From: Candidatus Poribacteria bacterium
Lineage (GTDB): Bacteria > Poribacteria > WGA-4E > WGA-3G
Direction: 5' to 3'
DNA: 64,000 nucleotides
Assembly: GCA_965205015.1 (NCBI GenBank)
Contig: OZ242029.1
Coordinates: 2,496,001 to 2,560,000, forward strand
Shown here: positions 49,978 through 59,360 of the stretch, piece after piece
Position numbering within the stretch: position 1 is the stretch's first letter
How the letters are laid out: each line of letters starts with the position of its first letter
Made by a program: the position numbers and the translations under genes
The notes under the pieces: generated by a model
Told to the model about the DNA's origin: nothing
Databases searched by the model: none
What the model saw: the letters and a program-made list of their open reading frames with translations, nothing else

Positions 49978-50211
49978 CTGGCGAGGTTTCATGAAGATTA
50001 ATTTTTTAATTCGGTAATATGCGGGCAGGCACGAGACCTGGGGAAACACCCAAGCAAAAACCCCCTACAATGTCTTTTTTGCGATAGGATTTTCGGTAAT
50101 ATGCGGGCAGGCACGAGACCTGGGGAAACACCCAAGCAAAAACCCCCTACAATGTCTTTTTTGGGATAGGATTACCGAAATATTTATTTAAACTTCATCT
50201 AACCTCGCCAG
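49978..50211. repeat. Nested palindromic repeat with internal 82-bp tandem duplication
   Basis: CTGGCGAGGTTTC|ATGAAG..TTCGGTAAT..[unit x2]..ATTACCGAA..CTTCAT|CTAACCTCGCCAG. Confidence 0.9.
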
Positions 50212-50254
50212 TGGTGCCTGAAATTAACGTTCAAAAAAAAGAGGGAATCAAACT

Positions 50255-51838
50255 ATGAACGAAAATGGAAATAAGCCAAAGGTCAGCCTCGGTCTGCTGT
50301 ACGGGATTGTCATTGCGATTATCGCTGGAGCGATTATCGGTGGGTTCGCGCCAGACTTTGCAGTCCATACAACAATACTCGGTGAAATATTCCTAAACCT
50401 CCTGAAAATGATAGTCGTGCCGCTCGTTGTTCTATCCATGGTAGTCGGGATAACGAATTTAGGCGATATTCGCAACATCGGTTCCATCGGTGGACGGACT
50501 GTTCTGTACTACATGGCGACAACCGCTATTTCCGTTCTCATCGGCATCATTCTCGTCAACATCATCTTGCCCGGGAAGGGACTCTCACAAGGCGAAGAAC
50601 GCTCGGATCTGAGTTACACACTCTCGGGTCCTGAGATGCTCACTGCTGAGTTGAGTGGGGAATTCAATCGGACCTATAACAATAAATACGTCATTACCCT
50701 CATCGACCAAGACATCCGGGGTGAAGTCGAATCAATTTCGGGAGCAACCGTCACAGTAAAATCGTGGCAACCCTTCAAGGACGCCCGTTATGTCACCACT
50801 GACGATGGGGAACGTTTGTTGTTCTCTGAGGGTCGGCTCGTCAGGATAGAACCCAACGCTACCGGTAAAGGCATTGACATCAGCTTACCGATCGCTACAA
50901 GAATGTCCGACAAAACGGAGCGGACGATGGGCAACACCATCAAAGAGGTATTCCTCGGCAACGAAAAGACCGGCAAAGAGGGGATGATCCCTTCGAACGT
51001 TTTCAAAGCGATGGTGCACACTGACATTCTCCCCTTAATCTTTTTCTCACTCCTCATTGGTGCCGCCTTGTCCATGCTTGGGGATATCGGAAAACCCGTT
51101 ATCTCCGTGATTGCGGGATTAAACGAAGCAGTGATGAAGCTCGTCCATTGGATTATGTATGTTGCACCCGTCGGCATCTTCGGCTTAATCGCCGGTAGGA
51201 TTGGTGAGGCAAAGGGATTCGCAGGTTTCTGGCCCGAACTCATTGCAGTCGGCAAGTACAGTGCCACAGTATTGTTAGGGCTCGGCTTACACGCTGTTGT
51301 CGTTTTACCGCTACTGCTGCTGTTCCTCGGACGCAGAAATCCAATTGACTACTTCAAGGGCATGGCAACTGCCTTATTGAACGCCTTTTCAACGGCGAGT
51401 TCAAGTGCGACCCTGCCCCTAACGATGGAAGGGGTTGAGAATCAGAACGGGGTCTCCAGACGGACCTCCAGTTTCGTCCTTCCCTTAGGCGCTACCATTA
51501 ACATGGACGGCACCGCACTCTATGAGGCGGTCGCTGTCATGTTCATCGCGCAGGTCTATGCGATCAACATGGATCCCGCGCAACAAATTGTTGTGGTGCT
51601 CACCGCGACCTTGGCAGCAATCGGCGCAGCAGGGATTCCGGAGGCAGGCCTCGTCACAATGGTTATTGTACTCAGAGCCGTGGACCTCCCCGTTGAAGGT
51701 ATCACACTGATTCTCTCTATCGATTGGCTCCTTGATCGCTTCCGTACCACAATTAACGTCTGGGGTGACAGCATCGGGGCAGGCGTAATTGAGAGATATG
51801 AATCCGGAGATTCAACTGACGCGCCAGCAACGGCGTAA
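50255..51838 (+). CDS. Dicarboxylate/amino acid:cation symporter (DAACS)
   Basis: FLNLLKMIVVPL, AFSTASSSATLP, PLGATINMDGTALYE, DWLLDRFRT. Confidence 0.95.
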   Translation: MNENGNKPKVSLGLLYGIVIAIIAGAIIGGFAPDFAVHTTILGEIFLNLLKMIVVPLVVLSMVVGITNLGDIRNIGSIGGRTVLYYMATTAISVLIGIILVNIILPGKGLSQGEERSDLSYTLSGPEMLTAELSGEFNRTYNNKYVITLIDQDIRGEVESISGATVTVKSWQPFKDARYVTTDDGERLLFSEGRLVRIEPNATGKGIDISLPIATRMSDKTERTMGNTIKEVFLGNEKTGKEGMIPSNVFKAMVHTDILPLIFFSLLIGAALSMLGDIGKPVISVIAGLNEAVMKLVHWIMYVAPVGIFGLIAGRIGEAKGFAGFWPELIAVGKYSATVLLGLGLHAVVVLPLLLLFLGRRNPIDYFKGMATALLNAFSTASSSATLPLTMEGVENQNGVSRRTSSFVLPLGATINMDGTALYEAVAVMFIAQVYAINMDPAQQIVVVLTATLAAIGAAGIPEAGLVTMVIVLRAVDLPVEGITLILSIDWLLDRFRTTINVWGDSIGAGVIERYESGDSTDAPATA

Positions 51839-51863
51839 ATGCCGCATCGTTAAGAAGTATCAA

Positions 51864-54146
51864 ATGAACACGCCCAATGAACCGAATCCACAGCAGATAG
51901 TGCTCAGTGTTACAGCGATTCTCTCCATTATCAGCGTCGTGCTCGCCGCCGGATGGATAGCCTTTGCCTATTACAAAGGCAGTGCTAACAGCAGTCGAAT
52001 ACTACTGCTGCACCCAGTCGTACCGATACTGCTGATTGTTTTGCTTATCCGCGTTTACCGCTGGATCGACCTAAAAAGTATCGTTATTCTTGAGATACTG
52101 ATGATAACTGTATGGATTTTTATACGTTTGTTGGGCGTGCTGACCCCTTTCATTTTAGGATTTGGCTTTGCTTATATCTTTAGGTTTCTCTGGAATGCTC
52201 TCCCCTTTAAAGCACAATACCAACGTGGGATCGCGACAGTCCTGATTTTACTCGTTTGTGGTGGGCTGCTCTTCTATACTGGAAAACAGGTGAGTAAACA
52301 AGCAAGTCAGATGGGCAGTGGGTTACTGAAGTTTTATCATGAAATTGTTCTGCCTTATGTCGTCGGTGAAACGTTTGAGGCAATCGCTATCAGTGTTAAT
52401 AGCAGTCAGGAAGAGAACCGCTCACCTGAAGGTTTCCCGCGAGAACCGATGGAAACCGATAGCCAATACGTAGAGACGTTCTACCTCGGGACGAACCACG
52501 GTGTCTATGAAATTCGACAGCGGACAGAGGGGGAGCACAGTATTGGTATCACGAACGGTGCCCTTCTTGGTAAACCGATACAAGCCCTTGCAGCAGTTGG
52601 AAATGTTATCTACGCTGGTACGCAGAGTGGGTTATATCGGTATTACAAGGCGTTGCCTACGGATGTCCCGGAAGCAATTGACGGTGAGGCAACAAGTACC
52701 CAGAACATCAAACCGAAGATATGGCATAGGGTGCAAGGGACCCCCTTCGATACTATTTCCGTCCAAACTCTCAACGTTCCGACTTGGGATAATGCCCAGA
52801 TTTATGTTGGAACACAAAAAGGACTCTACAGCAGTAGGGATTTAGGACGAACATGGCGTGAGGTTGCCCCTGACACTTATGGTGAAAGGTCGATCGTCAG
52901 TATTGTCTCAATTGTGGATGCGAATGGCGATAGGACAATTTATGTCGCCAGTACAGCGATAATTGATGCGATGCCTTCAGAAGGGCCGGTCTCCACGCCT
53001 AAAGCTACAACGGTGCATTGGTATCTGGCGGATTCCTCTCTTGAGTGGAATCCGCTTCCTTCTATCATAACGCATCCGGTTTACGCGCTTGCAAGTGGCG
53101 GTAGAACGTGGAGTGATAAGGAATCGGGGTTGCAAACCCCTCCTACACGGGTGTTTGATATTGAACTGTACGCGGGTACGTCCGATGGGCTTTATGAATG
53201 GCATCGTCTCGGCACGTGGCGGAAAACGGAAGGGACCCCTGTCGTCTCGTTGTTAGCGTCGGCACCTTCCGGCGTATACATCGGTACCGAAACTGCTATC
53301 CTTCATCGTGCTACGGCTACTGCGGGTTGGCAGCCGTTTGCGACGCGGAACGAAGGGGTCAGTTACACCTACAGGGACGAGCCTATTGTCCAGCAGGCGA
53401 AAACATACCTGACCGAAAGGCTTCCAACAATAGCCCAAACCGGTAGTGAGGCTGTCAGGGAAGGGGTTCAGTTCGCGGGTTCGATCGCTTTTGGGTTCGG
53501 TGGATTTTTAGCCACAGTGTCACTCGCGTTCATTGTATTTGTCTACGCAAACCAGTCGTTTGACAATTATTTCCGCGGTTTCATCACCTTGGTTCCTGAA
53601 CTCCATCGCGAAACCGTCAAGACTTATCTGCGCGAAATTGATAGAAATTTACAGCAGTTCCTCAAAGGATTAGTTGCGGTCATCGCGATTGTATCTGTGG
53701 TTTCCTGTATTGTGTACAGCATTATCGGTGTACCCTTCGCATTGGTTATTGGTGTTATCGCCGGGATCTGTAATGCTATACCAACCTTTGGACCCTTTAT
53801 CGGTGGCGGTTTCGCCTATGTGGCGATGCTAATGGGACTGGCGGCTGGGGATTTCGGCATAATTGATTTCCTCGTTCGCAGTGCATTTCTGTTAGCTGCC
53901 ATTCTTGGCATTCAGATGCTTGACAACTCATTAATTTCACCGAAAATCATGAGCACCGCTGTTGATGTGGACCCGCTGTTGATTATGTTTGCTGTGATTG
54001 TTGGGGCAGCCGTACTCGGATTTTGGGGTGTATTGCTTGCAATTCCTATGATTGTTGTGGTAAAATCGGTTATTGCCGTTTCTCAATCTGTGGCGACAGA
54101 TGGGCCCACTGTAGGCGGGAACTCCGATTCCCAACTGACGCACTGA
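51864..54146 (+). CDS. AI-2E family transporter with large beta-propeller-like insertion
   Basis: TPFILGFGFAY; NAIPTFGP, DNSLISPKIMS, DPLLI, GFWGVLLAIP; central Y.GT..G.Y repeats. Confidence 0.85.
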   Translation: MNTPNEPNPQQIVLSVTAILSIISVVLAAGWIAFAYYKGSANSSRILLLHPVVPILLIVLLIRVYRWIDLKSIVILEILMITVWIFIRLLGVLTPFILGFGFAYIFRFLWNALPFKAQYQRGIATVLILLVCGGLLFYTGKQVSKQASQMGSGLLKFYHEIVLPYVVGETFEAIAISVNSSQEENRSPEGFPREPMETDSQYVETFYLGTNHGVYEIRQRTEGEHSIGITNGALLGKPIQALAAVGNVIYAGTQSGLYRYYKALPTDVPEAIDGEATSTQNIKPKIWHRVQGTPFDTISVQTLNVPTWDNAQIYVGTQKGLYSSRDLGRTWREVAPDTYGERSIVSIVSIVDANGDRTIYVASTAIIDAMPSEGPVSTPKATTVHWYLADSSLEWNPLPSIITHPVYALASGGRTWSDKESGLQTPPTRVFDIELYAGTSDGLYEWHRLGTWRKTEGTPVVSLLASAPSGVYIGTETAILHRATATAGWQPFATRNEGVSYTYRDEPIVQQAKTYLTERLPTIAQTGSEAVREGVQFAGSIAFGFGGFLATVSLAFIVFVYANQSFDNYFRGFITLVPELHRETVKTYLREIDRNLQQFLKGLVAVIAIVSVVSCIVYSIIGVPFALVIGVIAGICNAIPTFGPFIGGGFAYVAMLMGLAAGDFGIIDFLVRSAFLLAAILGIQMLDNSLISPKIMSTAVDVDPLLIMFAVIVGAAVLGFWGVLLAIPMIVVVKSVIAVSQSVATDGPTVGGNSDSQLTH

Positions 54147-54164
54147 TGCTCTGGAGGAAGACTC

Positions 54165-55634
54165 ATGGAAACGCCACGTCCCATTGTTGCGATCGTCGGC
54201 AGACCGAACGTCGGAAAATCATCGCTTTTCAATCGAATCACTGGAAATAGCCGTCGGCAGAATAGCCGTCAGCGGTCAGCCGTCAGGCGTCAGGAAGAGG
54301 GAATGGAAGAAGGGAAGAAAGGAAGAAGGGAAGGATGGGAGTCCCACGCTTCCACTCCTCCACTCTTCCAACCAAATGCCGAAAACCGTGTCTCGCGTAA
54401 ATACGCTGTCGTTCATGACACTCCCGGCGTGACGCGCGACAGGAACTACGCTGACGTGGAATGGGCAGACCGCGCTTTTACCATCGTTGACACCGGTGGT
54501 TTGGACGTTGATCCGGATGACCGACTCATTGATAGCGTTCAAGCACAGGTAGATACAGCGGTGGCTGAAGCGGATCTCGTCCTTTTTGTCGTTGACGCGC
54601 GAGCCGGTATCATGCCCCACGATAGGGTTGTCGTTGATAAACTCAGAACCGCTGGTAAACCTATCTTCCTCGTCGTCAATAAGGTAGATAGCGACCGATT
54701 TCACAATGAAGCCGCTGAGTTTTACGCGCTCGGATTGGCAGAGCCACTGTTGACCTCGTGTGTCCAAAACGATGGAATTCGGGAACTCCTTGACCGCGTC
54801 GTTGATGCCCTTCCAGAGACCGATGAAACTGTCCACGCTGCGCCAGCTACGATGAAAATCGCCGTTGTTGGCAGGCCGAATGTCGGAAAATCCTCGTTTA
54901 TCAACAGTTTGTTGGGTGAAGAACGGATGATTGTTGATGACCGACCTGGTACCACGCGTGATGCAGTGAATATACGGATCGTTCACGACAATATCCCTTT
55001 TGAGGTCGTTGATACAGCGGGAATGCGGCGTAAATCCACTATCAATGATGCGCTTGAATCGGCGACCGTCCAACGTGCGATACACAGCATTCGCCAAAGT
55101 GACATCGCTGTACTGATGCTGGATGTAACCCAGGAGGTCGCGCAGCAGGATAAAACGATTGCTAATTTCATCGAACGCCAAGGGAAAGCCTCCGTTTTAG
55201 TCATGAACAAGTGGGACCTAATTGATAAAGACAACACAACGCATCCAGCGTTTATGGATGCGATAGATGTCCAGTTTCCACAACTCGGCTATGTTCCACG
55301 GGTTTTCGTGTCGGCACTCACTGGACAGCGCGTTACCCAAGTATTAACGACTGCGCTTGAGGTCTACCGTGAGTATTGTACACACATCCCTACACCGGTA
55401 CTCAACGAATTGCTGCTGGAATTGCGGAGTGCGCATCCGCCGCCGCGGGTTAAAGGTGCACGTCCGGCGCTCAAATATATCACGCAGGTGGAAACCAAAC
55501 CGCCGACTTTTTTAATCTTCGGACGAAATATCCATCGCGTGCAGCAGCCGTATGAGGCGTACCTTATCAACAGTATTCGGAAGGAATTTGGATTTCACGG
55601 CACACCGATACGGATTTTTTATCGCAGGTCATAA
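54165..55634 (+). CDS. der: Ribosome biogenesis GTPase Der with about 49-aa insertion
   Basis: Two GRPNVGKSS P-loops, PGVTRDR, DTGG, DTAG, NKWD, FGFHGTPIRI. Confidence 0.96.
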   Translation: METPRPIVAIVGRPNVGKSSLFNRITGNSRRQNSRQRSAVRRQEEGMEEGKKGRREGWESHASTPPLFQPNAENRVSRKYAVVHDTPGVTRDRNYADVEWADRAFTIVDTGGLDVDPDDRLIDSVQAQVDTAVAEADLVLFVVDARAGIMPHDRVVVDKLRTAGKPIFLVVNKVDSDRFHNEAAEFYALGLAEPLLTSCVQNDGIRELLDRVVDALPETDETVHAAPATMKIAVVGRPNVGKSSFINSLLGEERMIVDDRPGTTRDAVNIRIVHDNIPFEVVDTAGMRRKSTINDALESATVQRAIHSIRQSDIAVLMLDVTQEVAQQDKTIANFIERQGKASVLVMNKWDLIDKDNTTHPAFMDAIDVQFPQLGYVPRVFVSALTGQRVTQVLTTALEVYREYCTHIPTPVLNELLLELRSAHPPPRVKGARPALKYITQVETKPPTFLIFGRNIHRVQQPYEAYLINSIRKEFGFHGTPIRIFYRRS

Positions 55635-55647
55635 AAGGAGAAATGCT

Positions 55648-56619
55648 TTGTCAAAATTTAAAGTCTTTGTTACGCGTCCTATCCGAGAAGAGATCCGCAC
55701 AAAAATAGAAGAAGAATGCGAGGTTGATATGTGGCACACGAGTGCCATTTTACCGCCCATCGCTGAAAGAATTCCGCCCTTGGATGGGTTAATGACTTAT
55801 GGGCATGAGCCCGTCTCTCCAGAGATGATTGCGACAGCCCCGAATCTCAAAGCTATCTCTGTCGTTGGGGTCGGTTATGATCACGTCCATGTTGAGGCGT
55901 GTAGAGAACGAGGGATCGCGGTTGGACATACCCCCGGGGTGCTCAGTGATACCACTGCCGATATGACTATGGCACTCTTGCTCGCTGCGGCACGAAATAT
56001 TGTTCCTGCCTATAACCATGTTCAAGTTGCTAAACAGTGGCATTACTATGATCCAAACATCCTCTGGGGAACCGATGTACATCATTCGACTTTAGGAATT
56101 GTGGGTATGGGACGTATTGGGTATGCGGTTGCCAAACGTGCCAGGGCTTTTGACATGCGTGTCCTTTACTACAAACGTGAACGCCGACCCGACTGGGAAC
56201 AGGAGCTCGGCGTAGAATACGTGACACTTGAGAATCTATTGAAAGTCTCCGATTTCGTGACGCTTCATGTCCCGTTAACGGAGGAAACGACGCACTTCAT
56301 CGGCGCATCGGAACTCGCTTTGATGAAAAAGACCGCCATTTTAGTCAATATCGCGAGAGGTCCTGTCGTTGACCACTATGCTTTATATGATGCGCTCCAG
56401 CAGGGGCAGATTGCCGGTGCCGCTGTTGATGTAACCGAACCGGAACCCATTAATACCGACCATCCATTACTTGATTTGGACAATGTGATTATTGCTCCCC
56501 ATCTCGGCAGTGCGACTGTGCAGACTCGGATGAAAATGATGACAATGGCGATGGAGAATTTACTTGCTGGTTTAAAGGGAGAGCAATTGCCCTATGGTGT
56601 GCTTCAGCCAAACTTTTAG
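55648..56619 (+). CDS. D-2-hydroxyacid dehydrogenase (glyoxylate/hydroxypyruvate reductase type)
   Basis: VGYDHV, HTPGVL, GIVGMGRIG, NIARGPVVD, DVTEPEP, PHLGSAT; TTG start after AAGGAG. Confidence 0.92.
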   Translation: MSKFKVFVTRPIREEIRTKIEEECEVDMWHTSAILPPIAERIPPLDGLMTYGHEPVSPEMIATAPNLKAISVVGVGYDHVHVEACRERGIAVGHTPGVLSDTTADMTMALLLAAARNIVPAYNHVQVAKQWHYYDPNILWGTDVHHSTLGIVGMGRIGYAVAKRARAFDMRVLYYKRERRPDWEQELGVEYVTLENLLKVSDFVTLHVPLTEETTHFIGASELALMKKTAILVNIARGPVVDHYALYDALQQGQIAGAAVDVTEPEPINTDHPLLDLDNVIIAPHLGSATVQTRMKMMTMAMENLLAGLKGEQLPYGVLQPNF

Positions 56620-56620
56620 G

Positions 56621-56751
56621 AGTTATCAGTTAACAGTTGTCAGTCATCAGTTAAGACGTGTGGTAGTTGTGTTTTGCGTGAATGCCACGAGGATTTCTTT
56701 AACCAACAACTGAAAGCTGAAAGCCTGCGCAGCAGGCGTACTGAAAACCGT
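56621..56751. repeat. Heptamer-periodic imperfect palindromic repeat
   Basis: AGTTATCAGTTAACAGTTGTCAGTCATCAGTTAAG ... CAACTGAAAGCTGAAAGC...CTGAAAACCG. Confidence 0.7.
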
Positions 56752-56763
56752 AAAGGGGGGAAG

Positions 56764-58095
56764 ATGATACTGGAAAAATTATTTGCGTTAAAAGAAAACG
56801 GCACTTCGTTAAGACGCGAATTGGTTGCGGGTCTCACGAATTTTATGACGATTTCATATATAATTTTCGTGCAACCGTCGATGCTGTCGTTGGCCGGCAT
56901 GGATTATGGTGCCGTTATGGTCGCGACCTGCCTCTCCAGTGCCCTCGCGACGTTATTCATGGGATATTTTACGAATTATCCCGTTGTATTGGCGCCGGGT
57001 ATGGGGCTTAACGCCTATTTCGTTTTTGACGTTTGCAGAGGTTCAGGCGTGCCGTGGCAGGAAGCTTTAGGTATCGTTTTCATCGCCGGCATGCTGTTCT
57101 TTGCCCTCTCGTTTGTGGGCGTCCGCGCCACCATCATGAATGCCCTTCCGCGCTCGCTCCAAAATGCCATTGCTATCGGGATTGGGCTGTTTATTGCCTT
57201 CATCGGACTGCAGATGAGTGGAATCATTACAAAGGACCCTGCCACATTTATAACCCGGGGGAACCTTGACTCCACTCCGGTCTTGCTTTCACTCTTCGGC
57301 ATTGCTGTGACGCTCACACTCATCGCACGCAAGGTGCGAGGCGCGATCCTGATTGGTATCCTTGTTTCAACTGCTGCCAACCTGATCGTCGGAACTGCCA
57401 TGTATGAGGGTAGAATCGCTGCGCCGCCCCCCGATATCACGCCAACGTTCTTTAAACTACAGTTTCCCAACATCTTTGCTAAGTTGGAACTCATCCCTGT
57501 CATCTTTGTGTTTTTTGCGATTGATATGTTTGATAGTATTGGGACTCTCACGGCTATCGGCTATAGAGCGGAGTTGATGGAAGAGGGAAAACTCACAAGA
57601 GCCAGAGGGGCGCTTTTGACGGACGCAGGGAGTACCGTTGGTGGTTCCTTACTCGGCACCTCGACTGTGACCTGTTACATTGAAAGCGCGACGGGGATTA
57701 CGGAAGGTGGACGGACAGGGCTTACCGCCGTCGTCACAGCGGTTTGTATGTTGCTCTCTCTCTTTTTATATCCGCTTGTTAAGATTGTAGGCGGCGGGTT
57801 TCAGATCGGACCTTCTGCTTTCCTTTATCCGATTATCGCCCCAGCCCTCATCGTTGTCGGTGGATTGATGCTCAGGAATGTCAGCCAGATTGATTGGGAA
57901 GACATCACGGAATCGATCCCTGCGTTCCTTACGATGCTGATGATGCCGCTCTCCTTCAGTATTACAGACGGCATTGGTTTTGGGTTTATCTCATTGGCGT
58001 TTTTGAAGTTGGTGACGGGTCGTAGAAAAGAGATTCATCCTGTCATTTACTACTTCGCACTCTTCTTTATCGCCTGCTACATCGGTGATCTGTAG
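56764..58095 (+). CDS. NCS2/AzgA family purine permease
   Basis: GTSLRRELVAGLT, APGMGLNAYF, GIGLFIAFIGL, YIESATG..EGGRTG, SITDGIGFG. Confidence 0.93.
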   Translation: MILEKLFALKENGTSLRRELVAGLTNFMTISYIIFVQPSMLSLAGMDYGAVMVATCLSSALATLFMGYFTNYPVVLAPGMGLNAYFVFDVCRGSGVPWQEALGIVFIAGMLFFALSFVGVRATIMNALPRSLQNAIAIGIGLFIAFIGLQMSGIITKDPATFITRGNLDSTPVLLSLFGIAVTLTLIARKVRGAILIGILVSTAANLIVGTAMYEGRIAAPPPDITPTFFKLQFPNIFAKLELIPVIFVFFAIDMFDSIGTLTAIGYRAELMEEGKLTRARGALLTDAGSTVGGSLLGTSTVTCYIESATGITEGGRTGLTAVVTAVCMLLSLFLYPLVKIVGGGFQIGPSAFLYPIIAPALIVVGGLMLRNVSQIDWEDITESIPAFLTMLMMPLSFSITDGIGFGFISLAFLKLVTGRRKEIHPVIYYFALFFIACYIGDL

Positions 58096-58121
58096 ATGTA
58101 ATGTGTCATCCCTGTCCTCTA

Positions 58122-58270
58122 CTGGCGGGGTTTCATGAGGATTAACAATTTAATTCGGTAATGCGTGGGCAGGCACAAGACCCGGGGAAACACCCAAGCA
58201 AAAACCCCCTACAGTCGTTTTTTGGGATAGAATTACCGAAATATTTTCTTAAACTTCATCTAACCCCGCC
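58122..58270. repeat. Nested palindromic repeat (single-unit copy)
   Basis: CTGGCGGGGTTTC|ATGAGG..TTCGGTAAT..GGGAAACACCCAAGCAAAAACCCCCTAC..ATTACCGAA..CTTCAT|CTAACCCCGCC. Confidence 0.9.
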
Positions 58271-58271
58271 T

Positions 58272-59144
58272 TTACCCGCGCCAATTCAGGTTGATGCTGG
58301 TGTAGCCGTGTGTGTATTCGTGAAAGTGCGACGGTAAGTCCGCTAAGAACTGTCTTCCTTCTTCTGGGATCTCCCATGGAATATCGATGTGGTGGTCCCG
58401 TCTCCGAAAACCGACGCCGCACGACAACCGAATTTCATCGATCTGGTTCGGAAATGCACCGTGATACGTCCGATGCGCAAATACAATCATGTCCCCCGGA
58501 TTCGTGAACAGTGGCACCAATCCTGGAATATCAAATCCTACATAAGGTTTTTCTTCTTCACCGATCTTATAGAAGGAGCGTTTGTCTGCTGTCAAGTTGA
58601 AGCCTTCGGGACCTTCCCAGTTCTCAACGTGTGAATTCTCAATAACACATAAACCGCCGTGTTCTGGACGAGAACCCGTCAGGTAGAACCATTTACCTGA
58701 GGGCCAAAATCCACGGTTCAGAACATCACCGGAATTTTTGGGGGCATCTGTTGAAAACCCGCACCAGTCCGTGTGCCATGCGACAGGTTGAGAGCCGGGC
58801 ATCCGAATGATAGCGGCAGATCGGTGGAGGGTCAATTCCTTTGTGCCAATCAGGTGCCGATGGATTTTCATAAAGGGTTCGTATCCCATCAGTTGCCAAG
58901 CCCCGGGTCCAGACTCAATCCACGCGTGTCGGGTGCTACTTTGTCCGTGCTCCAATTCTCTTTTCGGATCTGTGCCATCGAAGACGGCTTTTTTTAAACT
59001 GTCGACCAGGTCTGGAGGCAGGACATCTTTGATAATCGCGAAGCCGTGTGCCTCAAGACATTCGGACACGAGAGAGAGTTGATCGGTTTCAAACTCGTAA
59101 GTGTAGTCAAGTTCAGGTTTCTGAATCTGTAGATATTCTTTCAT
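58272..59144 (-). CDS. PhyH-family dioxygenase
   Basis: LEAHGFAII, AWHTD, GGLCVIENSH, PGDMIVF..RTYHG..PN...R. Confidence 0.88.
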   Translation of the reverse strand: MKEYLQIQKPELDYTYEFETDQLSLVSECLEAHGFAIIKDVLPPDLVDSLKKAVFDGTDPKRELEHGQSSTRHAWIESGPGAWQLMGYEPFMKIHRHLIGTKELTLHRSAAIIRMPGSQPVAWHTDWCGFSTDAPKNSGDVLNRGFWPSGKWFYLTGSRPEHGGLCVIENSHVENWEGPEGFNLTADKRSFYKIGEEEKPYVGFDIPGLVPLFTNPGDMIVFAHRTYHGAFPNQIDEIRLSCGVGFRRRDHHIDIPWEIPEEGRQFLADLPSHFHEYTHGYTSINLNWRG

Positions 59145-59297
59145 GAGTGGACTCCTAAAATTTTTGATATTCGGAGTGTTGTCGGCATTCTAATAGATAT
59201 TCGTTGTTTCGTCAATCCCAATTTTTGTGATGGATGGATATTTCTCCGGACCGAAACTTAAAACCAAATGACCCTATAGAGAAAAGATTAGATAATT

Positions 59298-59326
59298 TTG
59301 ACATTAATGTTGCATCGTGATACAAT
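59298..59326 (+). promoter_or_regulatory. Putative sigma70 promoter
   Basis: TTGACA-17 nt-TACAAT. Confidence 0.65.
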
Positions 59327-59360
59327 AGAATTAAAAATTTGCACAGAAAGTTGAAAGCGC

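Noticed and set aside
50010-50180. Possible CRISPR array
   Set aside because: Two near-identical 82-bp units with no unique spacers and no cas genes; this is a tandem duplication within a nested repeat.
54276-55181. Long antisense ORFs (also 43531-44202, 59288-59821, 62679-63440, 17777-18409, 29312-29983)
   Set aside because: Shadow ORFs opposite better-supported genes, with no motifs of their own.
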